A stretch of 63,637 nucleotides of DNA, filler included, from Aduncisulcus paluster (GCA_024181965.1; 8 parts of 8 records of this genome joined end to end with filler, not necessarily neighbours in it); one strand, 5' to 3'; positions 33,613 to 44,851 are shown, numbered from the whole stretch's first letter. Notes: generated by a model from the letters alone, not told the origin. Translations and numbers: made by a program.

Positions 33613-33991
33613 TGCTACGAAAATATATGCAAGAAAACCTTCATAATACTGCAAAACAGTCTCTGCTTCCTAATTCCAAACATTTTGTTAATTGACTGGC
33701 TTAAATCAACATTATTTAGCTATACTTACATTTATTGAAATTAATTATGATCGATAAGCTATCCATTGACTTGATAGGGAGTTTGTGATTCTGGATCCCA
33801 GTGCAGGGAAACACTAATGTTGATGTGAAATTAGTGAATGCATAAATATGTATGCTATACAACAAAAAATATTTATCTTGTTTTTTAGGAATTATTCAAG
33901 AATAGAGCGAGATTGAAAACTTTTGCTGTTTTTTGACGCATTACATTATTTCATACTCTTATAATTATATTTTTTATACATTAATTCTCTG

Positions 33992-35789
33992 ATGATTTAC
34001 AGCATTGATGTTGATAAGACTAAACGGAACGATATCAGCGTTGTAATTCTGGATGATACTTTTGAGAGGGCTCACCAAAAAATAACTGATGATACTCGGG
34101 TGAAAATTGAACCCGTTAAAGATGGAGCCTTTATTACGATTGGGGCTGATGCTGAAGAGGTGATGAAACCTGTTACTCGACGAATTCCTGTTGAACCACA
34201 AAAAGAGGAACTAGAAATTAAAAAGAAGAGAAAATCAATTGGTCTTATTCAAGATGATATAATGATGGACGATGAACCTCTTGAAACAAAGTGTTGTCAG
34301 CGTGAAGTCTGTTGTGATGTTTCTTTAGAATTATATTTTTTAGCCACACTTTCCTTGGCTTGTTTATGTCTTATTATCGGAATGGTTTATTTATTTTGGA
34401 AAATTAACGGAGGATCAATTACAAATTCCGAAATTCAAGTTATGATTGACAATTCTATTGACGAATTGGAGCTTGGCACAACGATTGGAGAATATATCGA
34501 TCTTGGACTCCCATCTTCGTCGAACAAAATTCGTATTAAAAATGATTCAGGAGTCTTGTCGATCTCTTCGAATGAATTTCAACTTACTGATGGGTTGAAC
34601 ACAACTTCAATTATTTACTCAAGTCCCACCGTGTTATTCGATACAGATGTCGATGTTGATGCAAGTGTATCAGCCGAATCTTTTATTATTGGGGACATTC
34701 ACTTAACAGAATCCAACAGTTCTCTTAACTTGGATTCTCCTCTTACTCTCTCGGATTCCATCACGCTTACTGATGGAACAAACTCTGTCGTTTTAAGTAT
34801 TATATCTGGAGGTGATCTCAACATTGACCAATCTGTTTATGTTGATGATACCTTGTATGCTGATGTTGTTTCGTCTCCTACGGTCAAAATTGGTTCTGCA
34901 ACATTGACATACTCCACTCCAAATCTCGTCTCAAGCAATGCTCTTACAGTATATGAGTCATTAACACTTCTCAAGGGTATATATTCCACTACATTTACAA
35001 CTTCATCTTTTGGAGTGTCTGTTGATGATACTATGCTTGTGGAAGGTGATATCAGCATTATTAATGGCTCTATGGAGGCTACATTATCCTACCTTAGTGG
35101 AACTAATCAATTGACAGTTGATACGCCGTTAGCTGTTATAGACTCGCTTTCTATTACGGATGCCAGCAACTCCACTTTCACGGGCTCATTTTACTTGGAT
35201 ACCTTGGATTCTGTTGAGACTATGGTGTCAAGTCTTCCTTTTGCCGTTGAAACTGGGCCGTTTTCTGTTGGAGATGGAAGCGGTAGTTACGTTAAGCTGA
35301 CTTATTCCAGTTCTGAGCTGACCATAAACCAGAGTGTCTCTGTTAGTGGAAACATTTCTGCTACGAATACATTGTCTGGTTCGAATCTTGACGTTGACAC
35401 GATTTACCTTGGTGATTCCACTATCGTATACACTGGTGCTGACACTGACAATGATGGTACTGATGATTTTTGGTACGTGTCGATTGATTATCCATTGGAC
35501 GTTATAGACTCGCTTTCTATTACGGATGCCAGCAACTCCACTTTCACGGGCTCATTTTACTTGGATACCTTGGATTCTGTTGAGACTATGGTGTCAAGTC
35601 TTCCTTTTGCCGTTGAAACTGGGCCGTTTTCTGTTGGAGATGGAAGCGGTAGTTACGTTAAGCTGACTTATTCCAGTTCTGAGCTGACCATAAACCAGAG
35701 TGTCTCTGTTAGTGGAAACATTTCTGCTACGAATACATTGTCTGGTTCGAATCTTGACGTTGACACGATTTACCTTGGTGATTCCACTA
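33992..35789 (+). CDS. Type II membrane protein with long S/T/D-rich beta-repeat ectodomain, 3'-partial
   Basis: Single TM LYFLATLSLACLCLIIGMVYLFW at about aa 113-135, followed by repetitive beta-strand-like sequence open to the contig end. Confidence 0.8.
35135..35789 (+). repeat. Intragenic tandem repeat, 366-bp (122-aa) period
   Basis: 35135-35423 is identical to 35501-35789 with no N gap between them; the contig ends inside the second copy. Confidence 0.92.
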
Positions 35790-35889
35790 NNNNNNNNNNN
35801 NNNNNNNNNNNNNNNNNNNNNNNNNNNNNNNNNTTAATTAATTAANNNNNNNNNNNNNNNNNNNNNNNNNNNNNNNNNNNNNNNNNNNN
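35790..35889. other. Artificial contig linker
   Basis: N/TTAATTAATTAA/N. Confidence 0.99.
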
Positions 35890-36284
35890 GATTTGAAGGT
35901 CAAAGTATCAGATACTGCTCATAAAACTAATTATTTATTCGAGATATTCTCAAATTTCCTATTCTAATCAATATATATGCTACTTTAAACGAATGAAGGA
36001 GTTATGAATAACCTATGAAGTTAGTTTGAAATATTAAAATGAAGATTGGACATCGGCCACTATTCTATTGTACAATATTGTATGGTACAGTCATAATATA
36101 CTGTTCAAATACTATATTATACGACAAATAAAAATAGAAAGGATTCTATACAGTCCTGAAGGACAAAGATTGTGGAAGAATGAAAATAAAAAAATATTAA
36201 AAAAATAAAAAGAAGAAAAAAATGATTGCTGAATATACTGTAGATCTACTATACTAAAAATAAATTATGAAAGATTAGAGAGTA

Positions 36285-37595
36285 TCATAAAATAACAATT
36301 TTCTTTTGTTTCAAAGTGTCTCTAAGGGCTGCTTTTTCCTCGGGTTTGAGAGTCGAATCGGATAAATTAATACGTTTGAGACTTGTGCTTTCGGAGAAGG
36401 GAGATATCAAAGCAGAACACATCTCACTGTCCAAACGGCATCCAGTGAGATCAAGTGAGGAAAGATGTTTGCATCCTAAAATAGATTCGGAAAGAGCAGA
36501 AACAGTGTCGGCTGAAGAAATGCCAAGAGATGGCAGAGCGAGAGATCGAAGCTTGAGAGAGCTAAGGAGAGAGTCTAGAGATGATTGGGAGGATGCTTCG
36601 AGGGAGAGATTACCAAGAGTTAGACGGGAAATGCGAGGGTAAGCACGAAGGGTTGTAAATAGCTTGGTGAGGTGCTCTTCAGATTGACCCAATGGACACA
36701 CAACATCTAGACTCAAATGCTCTAATTTGGGAGAAATCGGTGTAGAATCGTCGTCTGAAGCTTCTGAGGAAGAAGACGGTGTTGTAAGGGCAACAATAAG
36801 TTCTAAAGCTCCAGTCACATCATACCGATTGTTATGGAGCTCTAGATGAGTGAGTTGGGAACGGAGGGAGGAACAATCATCAGAAAGGATAGCTTCAGTC
36901 AAAGAGGATAAGGAGGCATTTGTAAGATTGTTATGATGGAGGGAAAGCCTGGTCAAGGAAGATAAATGATGCATATTGAAAGATAGAGTTTCGATGGGGA
37001 AATCACCAAGTCCCAGGCCAAATAGAGAGAGACGTTCAAGGTTTTCGAATGATTGGAATATGTTAGTCTCTGAAAAAGCCTCAATATCACTTGAGGATAA
37101 GGAACACTCATGGATCGAGAGAGAAGATATCATTGGGGATACATGAGACAAAATAGATGCAATACTGTCCAATTCACAATTAGATATGTCAATGCTGGTG
37201 AGAGTTTTTGATTGTTTAACAAGTCCAAGCCCAAGAATTCCACAAGTTTCGTCATCTGCCTCAACTTCGAAACATTGAACGTCTAAAATCCCAGTGAGAT
37301 ATAATAAAAGGTTTGAAAGGAGCTCAGCGTCTTGTTTAATGATATGTCCTTGAAGTGAAAGGGTGGAACTAGCGGATATGCCATTCATTTTACATAATTC
37401 AACGAGGGACTTCAACCCAGCATTTTCAGACTCAAGTAAACGATCTAATACATCTTCAAGTGGCAAATTTTCCTTCTCGTAGGATATAACCTTTGGAGAG
37501 GAGTGAACACTCTCCGATTCCTTTCTGGGACTGTTATGAATTTTTCGCATTGGTTCAAGAACTGAATCGATTGTTTTGCTACTACTACACCCCAT
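36285..37595 (-). CDS. RNI-like leucine-rich repeat protein with N-terminal myristoylation/palmitoylation signal
   Basis: MGCSSSK start; LxxLxLxxN repeats (LTRLSLHHNNL, LTHLELHNN, LSSLDLTGC). Confidence 0.88.
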   Translation of the reverse strand: MGCSSSKTIDSVLEPMRKIHNSPRKESESVHSSPKVISYEKENLPLEDVLDRLLESENAGLKSLVELCKMNGISASSTLSLQGHIIKQDAELLSNLLLYLTGILDVQCFEVEADDETCGILGLGLVKQSKTLTSIDISNCELDSIASILSHVSPMISSLSIHECSLSSSDIEAFSETNIFQSFENLERLSLFGLGLGDFPIETLSFNMHHLSSLTRLSLHHNNLTNASLSSLTEAILSDDCSSLRSQLTHLELHNNRYDVTGALELIVALTTPSSSSEASDDDSTPISPKLEHLSLDVVCPLGQSEEHLTKLFTTLRAYPRISRLTLGNLSLEASSQSSLDSLLSSLKLRSLALPSLGISSADTVSALSESILGCKHLSSLDLTGCRLDSEMCSALISPFSESTSLKRINLSDSTLKPEEKAALRDTLKQKKIVIL

Positions 37596-38273
37596 TTCAA
37601 AATGATTATGTTATTATTCTGATCCTATTGGATTAATCAGAAGAGAAATCGAACCAAGTTCATGCCATGAACTTCATGGTTTCTTTCATCGCAAGAGAAT
37701 ATATTATCTAAAAAAGAAAAATAAATAAAAAATGAATTTCTTTATTTGCTTCAATAAAAAATAGAAAAAAAATTTTCAGCCTGAACTGCGCTGAGCGCAG
37801 TATTCGGAAGAAAAAGCGATATATAATGACGAAGAGATAAACAAGGAGAGATACTTAAATGAAAAAAGGATGGAAAAAAGATGTTCCTTCATGTGCAAAC
37901 AAGTTAAAGTGTAAAAAACAGTAACCCCACTACTACATGAAAGGAAAAGCTTAATATTGCCCTAGGGAACGCACTGATCCACGTTGTTGAATGAAAATCA
38001 GCGAGTGTTAATGGGCGTTTTAATGTTCACGAAGAAAAACGTCGATTGAAAAAAAATCTGTTGACTTTCTCACTTGAAAATCTTTCCAAAATAGAGCGAG
38101 ATAGGCTTTATTGGAAATCGGTTCAGTTAAAATTTCTTCTCTGATACTGGATAATAATCTCTCCATGGATACTGTAGATTTTGTGACAAGTCACAACGTG
38201 AGGTCGACATGCCAATCAACACCATGTAACTCAGATCTTCTCCTAATATCTTTCTTGGTTTATAAGCATCAAG

Positions 38274-38729
38274 ATGGTACATTTTTCATCCCATAAATTT
38301 ATATTTTATTTGTTTTTTTGTCTTTTGTTTGTGTCGATAACAGTGTCGGCTTTCTCTGCGAGAGATAGCAATTCTGGCACCATTCGAAGTGGGAAAAATT
38401 CTATTCATAAGGTATATTCACATAAAAAGATAGAAATTGAGCCTTCTTTATATCACCTCAGGAAATATATATCTCAATCTCCGTCTCCACTTTTGATTGA
38501 GATTCGAGTTCCGGGAGGTTGTCTTTGCAAGAGGAATTCCCATCTTAATCAATTGTCTACTTATGGGTGGAATAGTATTGAGAAGAATAATGATACCATA
38601 AAAGTTGTTATTGGTTATGACTCGCCAAAGATCGTTTTCCTTGTGAATCGTCAAATTTATTTTTCTATTTCGATTGAAAACTGGGAGACTGACAAAGTTA
38701 TTGATTTTCTTGAGTCTTTTTTTTTTTGA
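38274..38729 (+). CDS. Sep15/SelM-family (SelF-like) secretory redox protein, Cys form
   Basis: Signal peptide; IEIRVPGGCLCKR (cf. SelM CGGU), GYDSPKIVFL, and ISIENWETDKVIDFLES (cf. Sep15 LSILKWNTDSVEEFLSE). Confidence 0.55.
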   Translation: MVHFSSHKFIFYLFFCLLFVSITVSAFSARDSNSGTIRSGKNSIHKVYSHKKIEIEPSLYHLRKYISQSPSPLLIEIRVPGGCLCKRNSHLNQLSTYGWNSIEKNNDTIKVVIGYDSPKIVFLVNRQIYFSISIENWETDKVIDFLESFFF

Positions 38730-38760
38730 CGAATGAGTAAAAATTTTAAAATGTTTTCAA

Positions 38761-39423
38761 TTAGACTAATAATGACCTGATGAATGTTACCCAATCTGAA
38801 ACCGTCCATTCTGAATCGGAGTACATCCAATCCACAAATTCAACGCCATTGATCATGACTGTGGGTGTTCCACTCACCCCATGTTCACATCCGTATTTCC
38901 AAAATTCACGAAGATGTTCATCCATATTTGAGCTCCTCATTTGGGTAAGAACTTCATTGGCAGAGATATCGTCATCATCAAGGGTTGAAGAAACATAATT
39001 CGCAATATCCTCTTGAATAGTGCTTCTGGGTGTGTTTGCTGTTGAATCATTGTCCCATTGGGATTGATCATTGAAGAAATCGTATATGAAGGAGAAGAAC
39101 ACAGATGAGTTATCCTCAAGATTCCAAGCAGATTCTACAGCAAGAGACATGTCATAAGAGAACATGTGATATGGTAAGGGGAATAAATGATAATAAATGG
39201 CAAGTTGGGCATCAGTGAAATAGGAATCCAAATAGATGATGATGTCATTCCAAATATCAGCAGAATCGGGACATTCTGGATCCAAATATAATTCCATAAT
39301 TATTTCACTTGAAACATCTCCCAGAAAATTGTATCCCAGTGGAGTTCTTGTAGGAATGCTCATTAATCCATAGGAAAAGCTAAACAGCCCAATTAAGATT
39401 ATTATTGATGGTATTATATTCAT
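38761..39423 (-). CDS. Secreted DsbA-like thioredoxin-fold protein (CxxS)
   Basis: Signal peptide from ATG 39423; YLDPECPDS, FPLPYH, GVSGTPTVMING. Confidence 0.88.
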   Translation of the reverse strand: MNIIPSIIILIGLFSFSYGLMSIPTRTPLGYNFLGDVSSEIIMELYLDPECPDSADIWNDIIIYLDSYFTDAQLAIYYHLFPLPYHMFSYDMSLAVESAWNLEDNSSVFFSFIYDFFNDQSQWDNDSTANTPRSTIQEDIANYVSSTLDDDDISANEVLTQMRSSNMDEHLREFWKYGCEHGVSGTPTVMINGVEFVDWMYSDSEWTVSDWVTFIRSLLV

Positions 39424-39977
39424 ATTAAAATAAAATAATTCGATGGAAATAATTTTTCTCACAAAGACCACAATTTCAAATTGAAAAAAAAGTTTTTTTT
39501 TTTCCCCGATCTGTGAACCTATTATTGCGAAATAAAGGGGAATTTTGTAATTTTCGTATATTATGGTTACTTTTGCTCCTTTTTCTTGGGTGTAAATCAA
39601 CCCAGACTCGAGATTCTGAATAATGAATAATTTCCTGTAAGAAATTCTTTATTACATTCATAGATGCCAAGATATTATTACTTTGAAAATGTTACAGCCG
39701 AATTCAGCACAAGATATGACTGTACTAACAAAAATAGAGGTGTGAAAAACTAACATTTTCAACAGACCCAGATGGAGAGTAAAGTCCGCATAAAAATCGA
39801 TAAAAATATGAACAATAATAAAAATAAAACAATGTTGAAACAAAATAGAAGAAAATAATACGAAAAAAAAAATGTTGAGAGGATGTTGATTCAATCAACT
39901 TGATTGGCAAAGATAAAGTTTCGTAATACCAACTGTATATAAGGTTGAGACGACATACTGTACTAATTAACCTACAA

Positions 39978-40057
39978 TACTGTACTATACTGTACTATAC
40001 TGTACTATACTGTACTATACTGTACTATACTGTACTATACTGTACTATACTGTACTG
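39978..40057. repeat. (TACTGTACTA)~8 tandem repeat
   Basis: Seven perfect 10-bp units plus a variant unit; degenerate copies nearby in both orientations. Confidence 0.97.
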
Positions 40058-41179
40058 GTATCCACTCAAATACGAGAACTAATATTGTTGATGAAAAGCT
40101 TTAAATGAGTATGAATAAATGCATTATTCTATACAATGGTGTGCTGTATAATAATACTTCAATGGTCAACCATATTAAATAGTTATATATATAAAAAAAA
40201 ACAAGCAATGAAACCCTTTCATTTGAAAGCGAAATTATCGAATAAGTGGCAAAATAGGGAAGGAATTATCAAGAATCAAGATAAGAAAGATCGGCAAATG
40301 ATCACATCATACCAAATATATACTGTACTAAAAAACAAAGACCATGCTACACATAGTACAGTACTGTACTATACTGTACTATACTACACTATACTATATT
40401 ATACTGTACTAAATCCCATCAAAAAGTACTATATTGTACTAAACAAGGAGAAAAAAGACAAGGAGACGTTTCATTGCAGAAAAATTAATAAAAATAAAAT
40501 AAAATATCTAAAAAATAATTTAATAATGAACAGAAAAAGTCGGCTGCCATAAAATAAAAACAAAATAGAATAATAAATAAATAAGATTAAGAAATTAATA
40601 TTAAAAACAAAACAGGAGACAGATAAAAATCAGACAGAAAGAAAGTATAATTAATTTCACTACAAGAAGTTTGTGAATGATCCATTTCATCATAACAAAA
40701 AGAATGTACGAATAAATTCCAAGAAACTAAAACAAGAATAATTATTATTCCTTTAATAAAATCAAGATATCAGGGAAAGGGGAGAAGAAGCAAAAGAACT
40801 AAGATATACTGCAGTATAGTAGAGTACAGTATTGTATAGTAGACTGTACTGAGGTTATAGGAGCGAAAAAGAGAGAGGAAGAGAGGGAGCTTCTGAGTGA
40901 CATGAAAAGTCCAATTATTCGTCGTACAGTACTATACTGTACTATTACAGTATATAAATAAGATGAATCTTGAAGGAAATGACAACATGTGAAAGATACA
41001 ACAAAGAAGATCAAGCTAGGAAAAGCTAACCTTATTCATAAAAACATAAATAATATCAAATATTGCTTATTCCCAAACAGTACTATACGGTACTGCACTA
41101 TCTATATAGATATTGATGATTCTAAACGATTGTTGTGAAATGTTGTCATCATAAATGGTTGGTAATTTCATTCACAGAT

Positions 41180-41908
41180 CTATTTTTGAAAATCGGTCCT
41201 GTCTTGACTGGGACTTGAGGAGGGAGATGTATAAATTCGGGGCAGATCTGGGTCATCTTGAGCTTGGGTTGATGTCGAAGAAGATGATTTGGATGGGATA
41301 ATTCGTTGGGAAGATCCCGCAGTAGGACGACACGGCTTCACTTTTGTCTTTGAACCGCCAGAATAGAACAGTCCACACTCCATTCGAACGCGTTTAGAAT
41401 CTTCGTGGACGGCTTGAGCAAGAGTTCGAGTGTCACAAAAGTCCAGAATGAAAGGGGCAGGATGGAGATACTTACAATTATCACGAGAACATTTTCGATT
41501 CAGGTGGTCTTTGCAAACACTGTAAAGCCCGAGAGAGAGGATAATGGGCTTGTAAAACTCAGAGAATACAATCATTTCAGCAGGAGAAGGATGATGGAAG
41601 TGACATTGCCTTCCCCGATGACACTGACCCCTCAGAAATTCTCGACAAACGTTGTCAGACTCACCCATCCGACCAGATGTGAGGGATTTCCTTGGTGGTT
41701 TGAGAAGATTGGGGGTAGAGTGGTGTTTTGAAGGTGGAGATGTTGATTGAGTCTTTGAAAGTTCCTTTGATGACTCTTTGGACATGGATTGGTCAACAAT
41801 GGATGGACTTTTTGAATGATTGGATGCCGGTGGTGGATGAGAAGAACACGGATGAGAGGCGTTGGTGCCGTATTGGCATGAATGAGGGGACAAATGTGAT
41901 CCATGGGA
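41180..41908 (-). CDS. Muscleblind-like tandem CCCH zinc-finger RNA-binding protein, 5'-partial
   Basis: VCREFLRGQCHRGRQCHFHHP and VCKDHLNRKCSRDNCKYLHP; the frame is open to the contig end. Confidence 0.85.
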   Translation of the reverse strand, partial: SHGSHLSPHSCQYGTNASHPCSSHPPPASNHSKSPSIVDQSMSKESSKELSKTQSTSPPSKHHSTPNLLKPPRKSLTSGRMGESDNVCREFLRGQCHRGRQCHFHHPSPAEMIVFSEFYKPIILSLGLYSVCKDHLNRKCSRDNCKYLHPAPFILDFCDTRTLAQAVHEDSKRVRMECGLFYSGGSKTKVKPCRPTAGSSQRIIPSKSSSSTSTQAQDDPDLPRIYTSPSSSPSQDRTDFQK

Positions 41909-42008
41909 NNNNNNNNNNNNNNNNNNNNNNNNNNNNNNNNNNNNNNNNNNNNTTAATTAATTAANNNNNNNNNNNNNNNNNNNNNNNNNNNNNNNNNNNN
42001 NNNNNNNN
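41909..42008. other. Artificial contig linker
   Basis: N/TTAATTAATTAA/N. Confidence 0.99.
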
Positions 42009-42718
42009 GAGCCAAAGATGATCCATCCAGAGCCAGTATTAATGATAACAATAAGAAATATATTCCGAGTGGTCGTAAACTCCCATTCCAAGACTCCATT
42101 GCATCGATTGTGCTCAGTGCTAGAAGTTTCAATCCCTCTTCCCTGGTCGTTCTACGCTCCACTGACTCAATCATGGAAGATCCTATCGTAAACATTCCTC
42201 TATCTCCCTTATTCCCTCCTTGTGCATTCTATTTTTATCCTCAGTGTGTCAGAGCCGTTCATGCAGGTCGACATTGTGCCGTAAGGATGTCTTTGTACCA
42301 TCGTGCTCTTCATTTCCGTCTGAGGCTATTCGACAGATTAGTGGGGATAATAACCATTGGCGGATGGGGGAAATATCTAAGAAAAGAGTTTAATTCACTC
42401 ATCTGTGGAGGGGAAGAGGGTGACCAGGAAGAACATGGCAAAAAGCAGAAAGAAAAGGATGGAAAGAGAAGAGCTTCTTCGATGAAATCTCATTCAAAAA
42501 AGCATTTGAGAGCTATTCCCACAGTTGAGATGGTCAATGAATGTGTTAAATATGTTTGTTCCCATGAAGAGTTTATTGAAGCCTTGTTTTGTGAAATCCA
42601 AGCCATTCTATCATGGAGACATCGTTTGATTAATATAAAACAAAGTGATATTGATAAATTAACTGGATCTAGATCAAGTTGGAACCCAGGAATACGCTTT
42701 GCATCACCATTTCTGTGA
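42009..42718 (+). CDS. Hypothetical protein, 5'-partial
   Basis: Frame open from the contig edge to TGA 42718. Confidence 0.65.
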
Positions 42719-42896
42719 TTTGGTTCTCAGATTGTTCCAGTCATGTTTCGAATACAGATTTAGCTTATTTAGTAAATAATATTATGTGATATTGTATCAT
42801 TAATATATATTTATCATGTTAATGGTATTTTAATCTATGAATAAACGGTGCACGATAAAATATTGATTTTGTTATGATTTTGATCTCAATATAAAT

Positions 42897-44305
42897 ATGA
42901 AAATATATTTAATACTAATTATAGTTGCTATTCTTACCGGAATATATTGTACTGTTGAAGAGTTTACAACGGAAGAAGAATTATATCAATTTGTCGAATC
43001 TAAACATTTGCCGATCTTTGTAAAGTTTTATGAGGATTGGTGCATTCATTGCAAGAGTATTGAAGTATGTTTTATCCTTTTTCTTATTTTTATTATGTTT
43101 TTCTTTTTGTTATTTCACTAATATTTTCTTTCCACAAACAACAGAAAACTTTCAATTCTCGGGCACAGGCAGCTTCTTTACTCGCCACTTTTATTAACGT
43201 TGATTGTTCTTCCACTGAGGAAGCTAAAGCATTTTGTTCAAAGCACCACATTTCATATTATCCAACTTTTAAATTATTTAATGGAGAATGGATTGAATAC
43301 TATAAAAGTAGTTTAGATGAGAGGAATTTAGGTCTTTTTCTCAGGACTCATAAGAAATTGCAATCTTATGATCTTGATGCCATTATCAACAATCCTATTC
43401 CAAAACCCACTCTCGAATCTGAACCGATTGAGACAAAGATTATTCCATCTACATTTACTGATATCCAGAACAATTCAGATCCTAAAATCATTGTCTTTGG
43501 AAATATTTATGAGGAAGCAACCCAGCAAGCCTATCGTAATATCGAGGAAGCTCTTGTCGAACTTGGAGACACTTTCCCATACGATGCTTTCAGAGTGGAG
43601 CAAACAAATAATGATAACGATTCTTTCTACCATTTCTTCATTCATAATGCTGAACGTGCTCCAGATCTTCCCCTTTTATTCGTGATCACTCCTCTGTCCG
43701 AAGTTCCACAACCTTTCCTTAATTATCCTATAACTTCCAATGGTTTGGTTGAGTTTATTGAATACATCCTTATTGAACCTGATATGGACAAAGTTCTCTC
43801 CTTTGAAAAATCACAAAAGATTATCGACCTTAGCCATGATATCCCAGTATTTGTCGTGTTCACTGAGTATTGGTGTGATCACTGTACAGCTCTACTTCCT
43901 CACTTTGCAAAGGCAGCCATGAATTTCTCTTCTGACGAAGTTGCTTTTGTTAAGGTTGACTGTTCCCAAAATAGAAATATGAGAAAGTTCTGTAGAAGTA
44001 TTGATATGGATGGTTATCCCACGATGATGATGTTGATTGATGGAAAGTGGAAGAAAGAATATAAAAAGGATCGTTCGTCTGTCGCCATTACCAAATATGT
44101 AAAGAAAATTGTTGAGAAGTCTAAATCGAAGAAAAATGAAGAAGAAACCTTTGAAGAAGAACCAATTCTTGAACTTCTGAATGACGATGAGGAGTCCGTT
44201 GGTTACTCAGAAGAGTTAACACAAACAATAGAGGACATCGATGACGAAAAGGAACCTGAAGAGGAACCTGAAGAGGAATCTGAAGGATATTATGCTGATT
44301 TGTAA
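42897..44305 (+). CDS. Protein disulfide isomerase-like; join(42897..43064,43145..44305)
   Basis: Signal peptide, WCIHC and WCDHC thioredoxin sites, YYPT/GYPT cis-Pro loops, acidic tail. Phase-0 intron GTATGT...CTAAT...ACAG at 43065-43144. Confidence 0.92.
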
Positions 44306-44851
44306 TATTGGTTTTTCCCATTTTCTTGTCTTAATGTTTTTCCAAGAACGATTGGAGAATTTAATCCATCAAAATGCCATGTTATCACCTCAATCGATCC
44401 TTTGAGGATATGAAAGGACCATAAGATCCATACTATTGATCTCTAGTGTCTCCTGCATGCCGTGCTTTTCATAACATTACATGATTCATTTGATGTAACA
44501 ATCTGTGATAATATCCCCAATTCTAAACAAATATCTGGCTTTCATTGAGTATAATATCGTATATGTGGACAATTCAATACTTTTGCTGCAGAATTAATAA
44601 ATTGTGGAAATTGTGCGGTTTTGTGTATATTCAGATTTATTAAAAAATTAAAATACTTCCATCATTTAGAGATAAATACAATGAAGGGATCAATTATATC
44701 AATACTGGCTTGTATTGATACAATCACAAAACACTTTCCATTAATCGAGGTTTTGTAAACATTCGGAAACAATACAATTATATTTTACAAATATTAGCAT
44801 ATCATACTTTAGAAAATTAATATTGTTCACTATTTTTATTGATCTTTCGAT

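Noticed and set aside
39978-40057. Possible CRISPR array or telomere
   Set aside because: No spacers, eukaryotic context, internal position and not a G-rich telomere-type unit; treated as a satellite.
40136-40552. 138-aa ORF with YTVLY repeats
   Set aside because: Translation of the TACTG/TACTA satellite and A-rich spacer, not protein-like.
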